Positions 17,561-29,645 are shown, counted from the stretch's first letter. The stretch: DNA of 64,000 nt from an uncultured Clostridia bacterium (GCA_944381205.1 CALWKG010000004.1:28868-92867), one strand, 5' to 3'. Notes: generated by a model from the letters alone, not told the origin. Program-made: numbers and translations.

Positions 17561-18919
17561 CTAATTTTCGGACCTTATCATAGCAATTAGGTCCTCAACA
17601 TCGGTCCTTAGTGACTTATTAGTCAACATTAATTTAGAAATTTTATCCCTTGCGTGTATAACTGACGAGTGGTCCTTTCCCCCAAAGGCTTTGCCAATGG
17701 TTATTAAAGGTAAATCCAATAATTCGGTTATTGCGTACATACAAATATGCCTTGGGATAACAATCTCCTTGTTTTTCTTTTTGCCTATAAGGTCATCTCG
17801 TTTTATGTTAAAATACTTGCAAACAACGTCTATTATCTTTTCTATCGTAAGATTTTGTTTTTGGGTTAATTCTATGTCTTTTAGGGCTTCTTCCGCCTCT
17901 ACCATAGTTGCCTTTGGCTTTCCTATAAGGCTAGATAAGGATATAACTTTATTTAAACTGCCTTCCAACTCCCTTATGTTAGTGTCGATTTTTTCAGCCA
18001 AAAAGGTAAGTACTTCACTGTCAATGTTGTAATTTTCCGCTTCTACCTTTTTTTGCAAAATGGCAAGCCTTGTTTCAAAGTCGGGTTTTTGTATGTCTTG
18101 TATTAATCCGCCTGTAAACCTAGACTTTAACCTTTCTTCCAAAGTTTCCATATTCCTTGGGTGTTTGTCGCTGGTTATAACAATCTGCTTGTCTAGTTGG
18201 TACAAATCGTTAAAGGTGTGAAAAAACTCCTCCTGCGTGCTAGTTTTATTAGAAATAAACTGTATGTCGTCTATCATCAAAATGTCAACTTCGCGGTACT
18301 TGTCCCTAAATGCCTTGTTTGCGTTTTCCTTTTTGTCCGCTTTTAGCGCCTGTATGTAGTCGTTGGTAAACTGTTCACTAGTTACGTACAAAATCCGCAT
18401 TTCCGGGTAGTTTTTTCTAATATAATTGCCTATCGCGTGCAAAATATGGGTCTTTCCTAAACCAACACCGCCGTAAATAAACAGTGGATTATACTTTTTA
18501 CCGGGATTTTCGGCAACACTCCTTGCCGCCGCGTATACAAATTGATTGCTCTTTCCAACAACAAAACTTTCAAATGTGTACTTTTCGTTTAACTTGTTTT
18601 TGTCATTTAAAACCTGTTGAGTTTCGATTTCTTCTTCGGCTCTTTTAATGTCTTCAAAGTATTTTTCTCTTTCACTTGGTTCTAAGATTATTATGTCGTC
18701 AACGTTTTCAAAATGCTCTTTTACACTGCTAAGTAACTTGTCTTTGTGTAGTTTTAATAATTGGTTTTTGTTAGTTAGGGTAGACGCAAAAAGTATTAAC
18801 TTATTTTTTTCCACCTTTATAGGTTCTAGTGTTTCTATGTATAGGTCATAACTTACGGCTGTAACCTGATTACTCATATCCTTTAAAACTTCATTCCAGT
18901 TGTGTAAAATTGTGTTCAT
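17561..18919 (-). CDS. dnaA: Chromosomal replication initiator protein DnaA
   Basis: Walker A GGVGLGKTH, AAA+ and a C-terminal DNA-binding domain (HSSVIHARDKI). The ORF track starts at GTG 18931; I prefer ATG 18919 (GAGG 6 nt upstream). Confidence 0.95.
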   Translation of the reverse strand: MNTILHNWNEVLKDMSNQVTAVSYDLYIETLEPIKVEKNKLILFASTLTNKNQLLKLHKDKLLSSVKEHFENVDDIIILEPSEREKYFEDIKRAEEEIETQQVLNDKNKLNEKYTFESFVVGKSNQFVYAAARSVAENPGKKYNPLFIYGGVGLGKTHILHAIGNYIRKNYPEMRILYVTSEQFTNDYIQALKADKKENANKAFRDKYREVDILMIDDIQFISNKTSTQEEFFHTFNDLYQLDKQIVITSDKHPRNMETLEERLKSRFTGGLIQDIQKPDFETRLAILQKKVEAENYNIDSEVLTFLAEKIDTNIRELEGSLNKVISLSSLIGKPKATMVEAEEALKDIELTQKQNLTIEKIIDVVCKYFNIKRDDLIGKKKNKEIVIPRHICMYAITELLDLPLITIGKAFGGKDHSSVIHARDKISKLMLTNKSLRTDVEDLIAMIRSEN

Positions 18920-19185
18920 AAAGTACCTCACAATAAATTAAATTTAATAAGCAAAAATCAATAATTTATAACCACCCCATAATTAAATACTATAATATTG
19001 TCTTAATTATATTTTGTCAATGATTAAACAAAAAAAATCAAATAAAAATTTTTTTATTTTTGTGCAACCTATACAAACTTTTATTTTTTTTAAAACCCAA
19101 AATTAAAACCTAAAAATTAGTAAAAATAAAAAAATAATGCCATCTTTTTAACGTAACAATCCTTGTGCCTTTAATCTAATTTTAA

Positions 19186-19600
19186 GCCTGCGGTGACTTT
19201 TCTAAGCGGTTTTTTAAGTTAAGCAGTGTGGTTGTAGTATGAGTGTACATCTTTGAGATAGGGGATATTTCGATTGCCCGTCGTTGCTGGTCGGGGCTCA
19301 ATATGACGTAAAAAAAGGTGAAATGACGGGTTGCACATTGTTGAGATATGAAACCCTTCGTTAGCCTATCAAAGCAGGCACTTCTCAGGGTGACGTGTCA
19401 TTCTGAGTATAATCCCCTAGGGTTACTACGTCATTCTGAACCCGCTTACCTGACTGACTCTCGAATAATCCCCTAGGGTTATTCCGTCATTCTGATATGG
19501 ACAAACCTTGACTGGCTAACGAAGAATCCCCTATCTCAAAGACGGATAATTTGTTTAAAGTATCTCTAAGTTTTTGTTTTCCGTATTTTTGCGACCCGAA
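19186..19600. repeat. Mosaic repeat cluster R2 (modules G, B x2, A x3, C)
   Basis: G (GCGGTGACTTTTCTAAGCGG...) at 19190. B-type units at 19261 and 19351. Three direct A units at 19396, 19429 and 19485. A-C composite at 19484-19598. Confidence 0.85.
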
Positions 19601-19784
19601 GCCTGTTTGTAAATCGTGCAACTATATACTTTAATTAATTAACATAACAATACAATATTTTTACAAGCAAACCGAAAGAAAAATAACTACCTTAAATTGT
19701 ATTTTTATAACTTTTTAGCCTGTTTTTTGTGTAAAAACTATATTTTTCTTCCAAAAAAACGGCTTTTGTGCTAACATATTATAT

Positions 19785-20897
19785 ATGTATATTAAGAGCA
19801 TAAAGTTACAAAATTTTAGAAATTATGCGAGTTGTGACGTAAATTTATACCCACATCTTAATGTTTTTGTTGGCTCAAATGCTCAGGGTAAAACTAATTT
19901 TTTGGAAAGTATATATTTGTCTAGCATTGGTAAGTCGCCTAAAACAAATAGAGAAAAAGACTTAATTAAGTGGGGCGAAAGCCATTCTAATATAAAAGTT
20001 ACGGTAAAAAAAGAGTTTTTTGAAGAAGAAATCGAAATTTTTTTGCGAAATGACAACAAAAAAGCGGTTAAAATTAATTCTATTGCCATAAAAAAAATAG
20101 GGGATTTAATAGGTGAAATGCCCGTTGTGTATTTTGCCCCTGACGAAATAGGACTGATAAAAGACGGGCCTAGTTATAGACGCAGGTTTATGGATATTGA
20201 CATAAGCCAACTTAACAAAACATATTTTTATCTACTTTGCAAGTACGAAAAGTTGCTTAACGAACGCAATAAACTGTTAAAACAAACAAAATCTTTTGAC
20301 GTTTTACAGCAAACTATCGACCTTTGGGATACGCAACTTTGCGACACGGCTAGCAAAATTATACTTTTTAGGCTTAATTTTATAGAAAAAATCAAAATTC
20401 CAGCCAAAGAAACCCATTTTAGAATTACCAACCAAAAGGAAGAACTTAACATAAGTTATCAGGGGATAAACAATTTTTCGCTTAATGAAATAAAGTTAAA
20501 ACTCCAAAAAATGTATAAGGAAAAACTAAAATCAGACTTTGATTTAGGTTTTACGTCGGTTGGCCCACACAGAGATGACATAGAAATTAAAATAAACAAC
20601 ATAGATATTCGCAATTTCGGCTCGCAGGGACAACAAAGGTTAGCCACATTAAGCCTAAAAATTGCCGAATTAAATTTATTTGAGGCCGAACTTAAAGAAA
20701 AACCTATTTTGCTATTAGATGACGTTTTAAGCGAGTTGGACCAAACTAGGTGTAAAAACTTTTTAAACGAAATCAAAAATTACCAAACTATCCTAACCAC
20801 CACTAAGTTTAACAAAAAGTTAGATAGCGAAAGTGCAATCTTTAACGTTAAAAATGCAGTTATAACCTTGCATAAAGATTTTAGGGAACAAAACTAA
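19785..20897 (+). CDS. recF: DNA replication and repair protein RecF
   Basis: MYIKSIKLQNFRNY start, Walker A GSNAQGKTN, and an ABC signature-like SQGQQR. Confidence 0.9.
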   Translation: MYIKSIKLQNFRNYASCDVNLYPHLNVFVGSNAQGKTNFLESIYLSSIGKSPKTNREKDLIKWGESHSNIKVTVKKEFFEEEIEIFLRNDNKKAVKINSIAIKKIGDLIGEMPVVYFAPDEIGLIKDGPSYRRRFMDIDISQLNKTYFYLLCKYEKLLNERNKLLKQTKSFDVLQQTIDLWDTQLCDTASKIILFRLNFIEKIKIPAKETHFRITNQKEELNISYQGINNFSLNEIKLKLQKMYKEKLKSDFDLGFTSVGPHRDDIEIKINNIDIRNFGSQGQQRLATLSLKIAELNLFEAELKEKPILLLDDVLSELDQTRCKNFLNEIKNYQTILTTTKFNKKLDSESAIFNVKNAVITLHKDFREQN

Positions 20898-21242
20898 AAA
20901 GGTTAGTTGTTTAATTAAAAAAATTATAAAAATTTTAACTAATATCTAATTTTAAAAATTTTTTTTGCTTTATAAAGATTTAAGGGAGTAAAATTATCAC
21001 TTTAAAGTTAAATCTTGTACTAATTAAAAATTTTGTTTAAAAAAAATGTTTGTTGCGTAAAAAGTTTTATTTTATACTTAACTTTTAAAAAGCATAACTT
21101 TATTTTATAAAAATTTTTATAGAATAAACCTAAAAAGCCGTTGTTTTTTATATTCTTATATGATATATTATATATATAATTATATTACTTATATAATATA
21201 CTTAATATAATTATATAATTATATAATATATATAGGGAGTAA

Positions 21243-23213
<1,971 letters not shown>

Positions 23214-23218
23214 GGTAA

Positions 23219-25807
23219 ATGGGGAAGATTATGAAAAAACAAGACTATTCTAAACAATTAGACGAAATCGTCGACAATACAAAATATATAAAGGTTCCTT
23301 TAAATGAAGAAATGAAAAAGTCCTTTATATCCTATGCTATGGCGGTTAACGTCAGCAGGGCTATCCCAGACGTAAGGGACGGTTTGAAGCCCGTTCACCG
23401 TAGAATTTTATTCGCAATGGGCGAACTTGGGCTCACTAACGACAAGCCTTACAGAAAATGCGCCCGTATCGTAGGTGACGTTTTGGGTAAATTTCACCCG
23501 CACGGCGATTCCGCAGTTTACGAAGCACTCGTTAGGCTCGCGCAAGACTTTTCTATTAACGAACCGCTTGTTGCAGGGCAGGGGAACTTCGGCAGTGTAG
23601 ACGGCGACCCACCCGCAGCCCAAAGGTATACCGAAGCCAAACTCTCTAAAATCGCCAGCGAAATGCTACGAGATATCGATAAGGAAACGGTAGATTTTTA
23701 CCCTAACTTTGATGGAACGTTACAACAGCCATCGGTTTTACCGGCTAGGTTTCCCAATTTGCTAGTTAACGGCTCTGACGGTATCGCGGTTGGTATGGCA
23801 ACAAACATTCCGCCACACAATTTGGGTGAAGTTATCGACGGGGTAATCGCCCTTATTGACAACCCAGCAATAGAAATAGACGATTTAATAAAAATTATCC
23901 CAGCCCCAGACTTTCCAACAAGGGCAATTTTACTAGGAGTAGGCGGTGCGAGAAAAGCCTACAAAACCGGCAGGGGTACAGTTGTTTTAAGGGCAAAAAC
24001 AGATATTGAAGAAAACGATAAACATAGCAGGATTATTATTACCGAACTACCTTATCAGGTCAATAAAGCAAAATTAATAGAGCAAATCGCCAATCTTGTG
24101 AAAGAAAAAAAGGTAGAAGGCATTAGCGATATTAAAGAAGAGTCCGACAGACAGGGTATGCGTATAGTAGTTGACGTAAAAAGGGATTACAACGCACAGG
24201 TTGTGTTAAATCACCTGTATAAACACACTCCACTACAAACCAACTTTGGCATAATCTTTTTGGCTCTTGTAAACGGCGAACCTAAAATCCTTAACCTTAA
24301 AGAAATGCTCTATTATTACCTAGAACACCAAAAAGAAGTCATCGTTCGTAGGACAAAATTTGATTTGGAAAAAGCCCTAGAAAAAGAACATATCTTAGAA
24401 GGACTTGTCATAGCACTTAACAACGTTGACGAAGTCATAAGAATAATTAAGGGTAGCGAAGATAAAAACGAAGCCAACTTAAAGTTGTGCGAAAGATTTG
24501 AACTTAGCGAAAGACAAGCCAATGCAATTTTGGAAATGCGCTTACAGCGACTAACCAGTCTTGAAGTGTATAAAATCGAAGAAGACTTACAAAATGTTCG
24601 CGCTTTAATAGCGGAATATAAGGCTATTCTAGATAGCGACCAACGGGTCTTAGATATTGTAAAATCCGAACTTTTGCAAGTAAAACAAACCTATGCCACT
24701 CCGCGTAAAACAGAAATTAGCATAGATTATAACGACCTTGATATAGAAGATTTTATAGAAAAGGAAGACGTGGTTGTGTCTTTAACTCACTTTGGATACA
24801 TTAAAAGACAACCTGTCAGCGAGTACAAGTTGCAAAACAGGGGCGGGGTTGGCGTTTCCGGGCATAAGACTAAGGAAGACGACTTTGTAGAAAAAATGTT
24901 TGTTTGCAACACGCACGACAATTTGCTTTTCTTTACCAATATGGGTAGGGTTTATTGCAAAAAGGCATATACTATTCCAGAGGCTCAAAAGAACGCAAAG
25001 GGTAGGGCTATGGTTAACCTTTTGCAAATTTCGCCTAGTGAACTCGTTACCGAAATCATTAAATTAGACGAAAACGAGTCAGGAAACTTGATTATGGCAA
25101 CAAAAAATGGGTTGATTAAAAAGACGACGATTGACGAGTTTAGGCACATTAATAAAAACGGTAAAATCGCCATTAAGTTGCTAGAAAATGATAAACTCAT
25201 AAGTGTAGAAGTTACTAACGGCACCGACGAAATTATTTTGGCTACTCACGAAGGCAAGTGTATTAGGTTTAGCGAAAAGGATATAAGACGTCTTGGTAGA
25301 AATTCGCAAGGGGTTAGGAGTATTAAACTTTCCCAAGACGATTACGTGGTTGATATGTCCGTTTTAAAAGACGGGTATGACATTTTAACTATTTCCGAAC
25401 ACGGCTACGGCAAACGCAGTGATAAAGCCGATTACCGTATCCAAAGCCGTGGCGGTAAGGGTATTAAGGCGGGTGTGTTTAACGAAAAAACCGGTAAATT
25501 AGTCAATTTAAAACAGGTTAATGACGAGCAAGACGTTATTTTGATTTCCGATAACGGTACAATTATTCGTATAAAGGCTAGCCAAATCAGTAAAATTAGC
25601 AGAAATACCAAAGGTGTAAAAATTATGAGATTAAAGGACAGCCACTATAAAGTAGTCTGCGCGTCCGTCACCGCCCATCAGGAAGAAGAATCTAATTTTA
25701 CCGAAGAAGAAATCCAAAACGACCTTCAAAAGCAAGAAGACAGTATCATTATGCTTAACGAAGACGCGACCGAAACCACCACCGATAACTATTCAACCGA
25801 AGATTAA
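23219..25807 (+). CDS. gyrA: DNA gyrase subunit A
   Basis: [17 protein letters not shown], the active-site region [10 protein letters not shown], beta-pinwheel repeats and an acidic C-terminal tail. Confidence 0.97.
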   Translation: MGKIMKKQDYSKQLDEIVDNTKYIKVPLNEEMKKSFISYAMAVNVSRAIPDVRDGLKPVHRRILFAMGELGLTNDKPYRKCARIVGDVLGKFHPHGDSAVYEALVRLAQDFSINEPLVAGQGNFGSVDGDPPAAQRYTEAKLSKIASEMLRDIDKETVDFYPNFDGTLQQPSVLPARFPNLLVNGSDGIAVGMATNIPPHNLGEVIDGVIALIDNPAIEIDDLIKIIPAPDFPTRAILLGVGGARKAYKTGRGTVVLRAKTDIEENDKHSRIIITELPYQVNKAKLIEQIANLVKEKKVEGISDIKEESDRQGMRIVVDVKRDYNAQVVLNHLYKHTPLQTNFGIIFLALVNGEPKILNLKEMLYYYLEHQKEVIVRRTKFDLEKALEKEHILEGLVIALNNVDEVIRIIKGSEDKNEANLKLCERFELSERQANAILEMRLQRLTSLEVYKIEEDLQNVRALIAEYKAILDSDQRVLDIVKSELLQVKQTYATPRKTEISIDYNDLDIEDFIEKEDVVVSLTHFGYIKRQPVSEYKLQNRGGVGVSGHKTKEDDFVEKMFVCNTHDNLLFFTNMGRVYCKKAYTIPEAQKNAKGRAMVNLLQISPSELVTEIIKLDENESGNLIMATKNGLIKKTTIDEFRHINKNGKIAIKLLENDKLISVEVTNGTDEIILATHEGKCIRFSEKDIRRLGRNSQGVRSIKLSQDDYVVDMSVLKDGYDILTISEHGYGKRSDKADYRIQSRGGKGIKAGVFNEKTGKLVNLKQVNDEQDVILISDNGTIIRIKASQISKISRNTKGVKIMRLKDSHYKVVCASVTAHQEEESNFTEEEIQNDLQKQEDSIIMLNEDATETTTDNYSTED

Positions 25808-26610
25808 TCACCGCTTATTTCTCTTCGTCATTCTATTTTTCTTCGTCATTCTGAGCCTCGACCCGCAAACGACGGACCTCCGAAGAATCCCCCATCTCAG
25901 CGACGAACACCTGTCATTCTATTTTTCTTTGTCATTTTATTTTTCTTCGTCATTATATTTTTCTATGTCATTTTCCTTCGTCATTCTGAGCGAAGCGAAG
26001 AAACCCATATCTCGAAGACGCAAAATTAGTACTATTACTGTTGCATACCGCTACTTAGGGAACCCTTCGTCAGTCTATCATAGTAGGCAATTCTCAGGGT
26101 GACGTGTCATTCTGAGCCTCGACCCGCAACGACGGACTCCCGAAGAATCCCCGTCGCTCAGCCACAACCTTTTAGGTGCTTGCTCAAAATTAATTTAAAG
26201 GCACAATGATTTTTTTACAAAAATCAAAACGTGCCACTATCAATTAATTTTTCGCCCTATCCCAAAAATCTGACGATTTTCGGGAACCCTATGCACAAAA
26301 GTGAGTAACGCACCACTTTCGGTCGGGCTTTCGCTTCTCACCGCCAAACGAAAATTTTGTTTGACAATGTCAAAAAAATTTTGCGGTGACTTTCTAATAG
26401 GTTAGATTAAGTTTAGTAGTATACGTTGTGTTACATGTATATCTCTTCGCTTATGAGATTCTTCGTAAGCCGGTCAAGTCTGCCCATCTCAGAATGACGA
26501 CTAAGAACAAGTTGCATATCTTCGCTACTTTTTTCCGTCATTCTGAGCCTCGACCCGCAACGACGGACTCCCGAAGAATCCCCTATCTCAAAGACGTCAC
26601 ACTCACATTG
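25808..26610. repeat. Mosaic repeat cluster R3 (18-bp CGTCATT tandem units; modules A, B, F, E, G)
   Basis: Starts at the base after the gyrA stop. A units at 25846, 25980, 26106 and 26536. B at 26058. F at 26157-26235. E at 26261-26284. G at 26384. Reversed A at 26452-26499. Confidence 0.85.
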
Positions 26611-26702
26611 TCTTAATTAAAAAATTATAACCAAAACAGTTTTTTGAATAAAGTTTTATTAATTTTCATATATTTTATTACATTTGTTTTAGGAGTTTTT
26701 AT

Positions 26703-26990
26703 ATGGAAATTAGTAATTTAAAAAAAGAACAAGAAGCAACTTTCACTTCCAGCGAATTAAAACTTGCGAATAGAAAACTTTTAAATATTTCTGGGGTGGA
26801 AAAGGTTTACGAGTCTAACGGTCAAAAATTTCAATTAAAAGTTGCCGGGGCTAATATGTGTATTTTGGGCGAAAATTTAACAATTATAAAACTAGACGTG
26901 CAGTCGGGTATTATAGAAGTGGGTGGCACCATTAACGAGATTAAATATTTAGACTCAAAACAAAATTTTTTAAAGAAGATTTTTAAATGA
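26703..26990 (+). CDS. yabP: Sporulation protein YabP
   Basis: Aligns by eye with B. subtilis YabP (…ISGV..V.S…F.L…G.L.I.G.NL….LDV..GI…G….I.YLD…F..K.FK). AGGAG RBS; overlaps the next gene. Confidence 0.8.
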   Translation: MEISNLKKEQEATFTSSELKLANRKLLNISGVEKVYESNGQKFQLKVAGANMCILGENLTIIKLDVQSGIIEVGGTINEIKYLDSKQNFLKKIFK

Positions 26991-27682
26991 TTTTGTTTTC
27001 TACGTCTAGTCAAATTTATGTTTTAATTTTGTTTTGTTATCTTGGCTTTGCAGGCGGGTGCATAGTGTTTTTTTTGACTAAAATTTCTTCTTTTATTCAA
27101 AATTTTATATCCGTTAAATTGCAAAAATTTTTAACCGCCCGTAAGATGTTTTCATCTAACGATTTAGAAAGCCCAAAGACTAAAAATTTAGATAATTCTA
27201 AGTCTAAAAAAATAGATAATTTTAGCACTAATAAAACGGTTGATTTTTCACCCCAAAAATTAGATAGTTTTGTATCTAAAAAAACAGATAGTTATAATTC
27301 TCAAAAAGCGAGTAGTAAAGCCGAGAAAAGCGGTTTAAAATTTAAAAATTTATGTGCAAAAATTAAAGAAAAACTTAACGCAAAAAACAATAAAAATCTT
27401 GATAAAAAAAATGAAAAAAAATTAAAGAAAAATGATAAAAAAAATCGTGAAAAAATTAACAAAAATTTTATGAAAAATCTCAATATTTTTTTTATAGTTT
27501 TTAACAATTTTTTTCTTATTTTTTTGATGTTATTTGTGTTAAGTTTTAGTTTTTATATTAACTTACAGTATAATTATGGCGAGTTAGACTTTGTTTGCAT
27601 TATTGCTTTTATTGTGTTTTTTATTTTGTCCCGCCATTTTGTTAAATTAATAAGTTCGTTATTTGTAAAATTTAAACATTAA
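26987..27682 (+). CDS. yabQ: Probable spore cortex protein YabQ-like membrane protein with a Lys/Asn-rich insert
   Basis: Assigned by synteny (4-nt overlap with yabP) and terminal TM segments. The central region is low-complexity (KKNEKKLKKNDKKNREK). Confidence 0.5.
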   Translation: MILFSTSSQIYVLILFCYLGFAGGCIVFFLTKISSFIQNFISVKLQKFLTARKMFSSNDLESPKTKNLDNSKSKKIDNFSTNKTVDFSPQKLDSFVSKKTDSYNSQKASSKAEKSGLKFKNLCAKIKEKLNAKNNKNLDKKNEKKLKKNDKKNREKINKNFMKNLNIFFIVFNNFFLIFLMLFVLSFSFYINLQYNYGELDFVCIIAFIVFFILSRHFVKLISSLFVKFKH

Positions 27683-27932
27683 AATTTTAGTGTACATTTT
27701 TTGTTTTGTCCTATATAATAAGTAAACTGTTTAAAACATATCCTAATTTTTTAAATTTAACAAGCAAAGTTTAAAATTTTGAGTAAAGAAAAAATAATTT
27801 AAAAAAGGTAGTTTAATAAATTTTTAATTTAATAAAAAATGTTTAATAAAATAGGTAAAGATAAAAATAATCAAAAGTTAGTGGTTAAGTTTTAACCTTA
27901 AAGCGAAAAATTTTTGCAAAAGGGGTGCAAAA

Positions 27933-28133
27933 ATGGAAGATAAAAATAATAGAAAAACAAAATTAATTTTGGGTATGATTATTGCAATCATTATTATTTT
28001 ACTAGTGGGTATTGTATATCAATTTGTATGTATAAAAAGACTTCAATCCCAAATTGACCAATTAACCAATGCGCAAATTTTAGAAACATCTGATAAATAC
28101 ACTACCATTAATTTTTACGATTATTTACCATAA
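27933..28133 (+). CDS. Possible septum formation initiator (DivIC/FtsB-like) small bitopic protein
   Basis: 66 aa with one TM helix then a short coiled-coil-like segment (LQSQIDQLTNAQ). AAGGGG RBS. Its position after yabP-yabQ matches the B. subtilis order. Confidence 0.4.
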   Translation: MEDKNNRKTKLILGMIIAIIIILLVGIVYQFVCIKRLQSQIDQLTNAQILETSDKYTTINFYDYLP

Positions 28134-28230
28134 ATAAAATTATGATTTTTTGCGTAAAATAATAATAAATATTTGACTTTTGTCTAACAAAAAATTAAAA
28201 TGTAAATGATTATTAAAAAGGGGGCGTAAA

Positions 28231-28563
28231 ATGGCAAATACTAAAAAGAGTTCTAGCAGTTCTAAATCTTCAAGTTCTTCATCTAGCAGGTCGTCTAGGT
28301 CAAGTTGGGGACTAAACAAGGTTTCTTTTTGGACTATTGTTGCAGTTACATTTTTGTATGCCGTGTCACTTGTTTTATCCGCTTGCGGTGTAAATGCAAA
28401 GGTCGTATCGGCACTTCAAGGGCTAGCAACGGCGGTTATGATTTGTATTGTGGCAATCCTTGCGTGGAGATATGTAAAATCAAAGCCAATGGTTTGGATA
28501 GTTTTGTACGTTATTTGCTTGCTTATCGTTATAGCAGGTATAATTGTTCCATTAGTTATATAA
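28231..28563 (+). CDS. Small membrane protein with Ser-rich N-terminus
   Basis: AGGGGG RBS, three predicted TM helices, and a terminator immediately downstream. Confidence 0.55.
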   Translation: MANTKKSSSSSKSSSSSSSRSSRSSWGLNKVSFWTIVAVTFLYAVSLVLSACGVNAKVVSALQGLATAVMICIVAILAWRYVKSKPMVWIVLYVICLLIVIAGIIVPLVI

Positions 28564-28588
28564 TTCAAGTCAAAATAACCAGTTAATT

Positions 28589-28624
28589 AAACCTTAACCA
28601 TAAATGCGGTTAAGGTTTTTTTAA
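28589..28624 (+). terminator. Intrinsic terminator
   Basis: AACCTTAACC-N8-GGTTAAGGTT followed by a T-run. Confidence 0.7.
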
Positions 28625-28866
28625 CTTTTTACGGAAAAGGTTTTTAAATATTTTTAAGTAGAGTTTTACATATTAAATGTTTTCATTAATTAAATAAAAA
28701 TGTAAAACATACTTTAAATTTTTTTGTTTTGTTTAGTTTAAAAATTATAAAAATTTTAGTCACATTTTGTTTGTATTTTAAAAAAGGTTAAAGGGGTCTA
28801 TTTTACTGATTTATGTTAATTACATAAAAAAAAGACCCCTATTTAGAGAAGTCTTTTTAAGTAAAA

Positions 28867-29088
28867 TTAAATGTTAAGTAATCTTAATATGTGCTTTGAT
28901 ACAATCATTAAAATTAGGTCAAGAAGCCAAACAATGTTAAACCCAAAAATTAACCTAATAAGTCCAGCAACCCAGCACCCTTCTTGGAATCTTGTGATAG
29001 CGCCACAAATCCAAGCAGTAACAGGAATAATTGCAAGAATAAGGCTTACAATATATCCTAATCCAAAATAATCACCCTTTTTTGCCAT
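28867..29088 (-). CDS. Small hydrophobic membrane protein (73 aa)
   Basis: ORF with two TM segments; no family recognised. Confidence 0.45.
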   Translation of the reverse strand: MAKKGDYFGLGYIVSLILAIIPVTAWICGAITRFQEGCWVAGLIRLIFGFNIVWLLDLILMIVSKHILRLLNI

Positions 29089-29267
29089 AATTAAATCACT
29101 CCTTTCTATAAATATACGTAGGTATTATACAATTATTCCTTTTTTTTGTCAAAGTTATTTATTAAATTTAATTTTAAATGTCATTTGACTATTAAAAAGA
29201 TAAATCAAACAAAAAAAAGTTTTTTTGGGGGTTATTTCTCATACTCAACAAATATAAAATTGAATTT

Positions 29268-29645
29268 AAGCCAGCGGTGACTTTCTAATAAGTCAGATTA
29301 AGTTAAGCAGTATGGTTGTGATATGGATTGTACGTCTACGAGATATGGGATTATGCTCAGAATGACGGAAAAAGTGGCGAAGATATGCAACTTGTCCTTA
29401 GTCGTCATTCTGAGATGGGCAGACTTGACCGGCTTACGAAGAATCTCATAAGCGAAGAGATAAAATTAGTAACAATACAGGTTGTCAGTCTTTGAGATAG
29501 GGTTACACTCAGCCACGACCTTTTAGGTGCTTGCTCAAATTTAATTTACCGGCACAATGATTTTTTATAAAATCAAAATGTGTAACTATCAGTTATTTTT
29601 TTCGCCCTATCCCAAAAATTTGACGTTTTTTTTGCGAGCCCTGTT
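29268..29645. repeat. Mosaic repeat cluster R4 (modules G, reversed A, A, F, E)
   Basis: G at 29275. Reversed A ending at about 29368. A at 29403-29450. F at 29508-29583. Degenerate E at 29611-29640. Confidence 0.85.

Noticed and set aside
18920-19180. Expected DnaA-box cluster upstream of dnaA
   Set aside because: I scanned by eye on both strands and found no 9-mer within one mismatch of TTATCCACA; only generic AT-rich sequence is present. It is kept as part of the oriC discussion, not annotated as boxes.
19390-19550. Possible CRISPR array, because CGTCATTCTGA recurs with variable sequence between copies (also at 25811-26000 and 36760-37000)
   Set aside because: The conserved parts are only about 12 nt at each end. 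Spacing is irregular (about 20-60 nt). The 'spacers' fall into a few recurring subfamilies found at other loci. Units occur in both orientations, and there are no cas genes.
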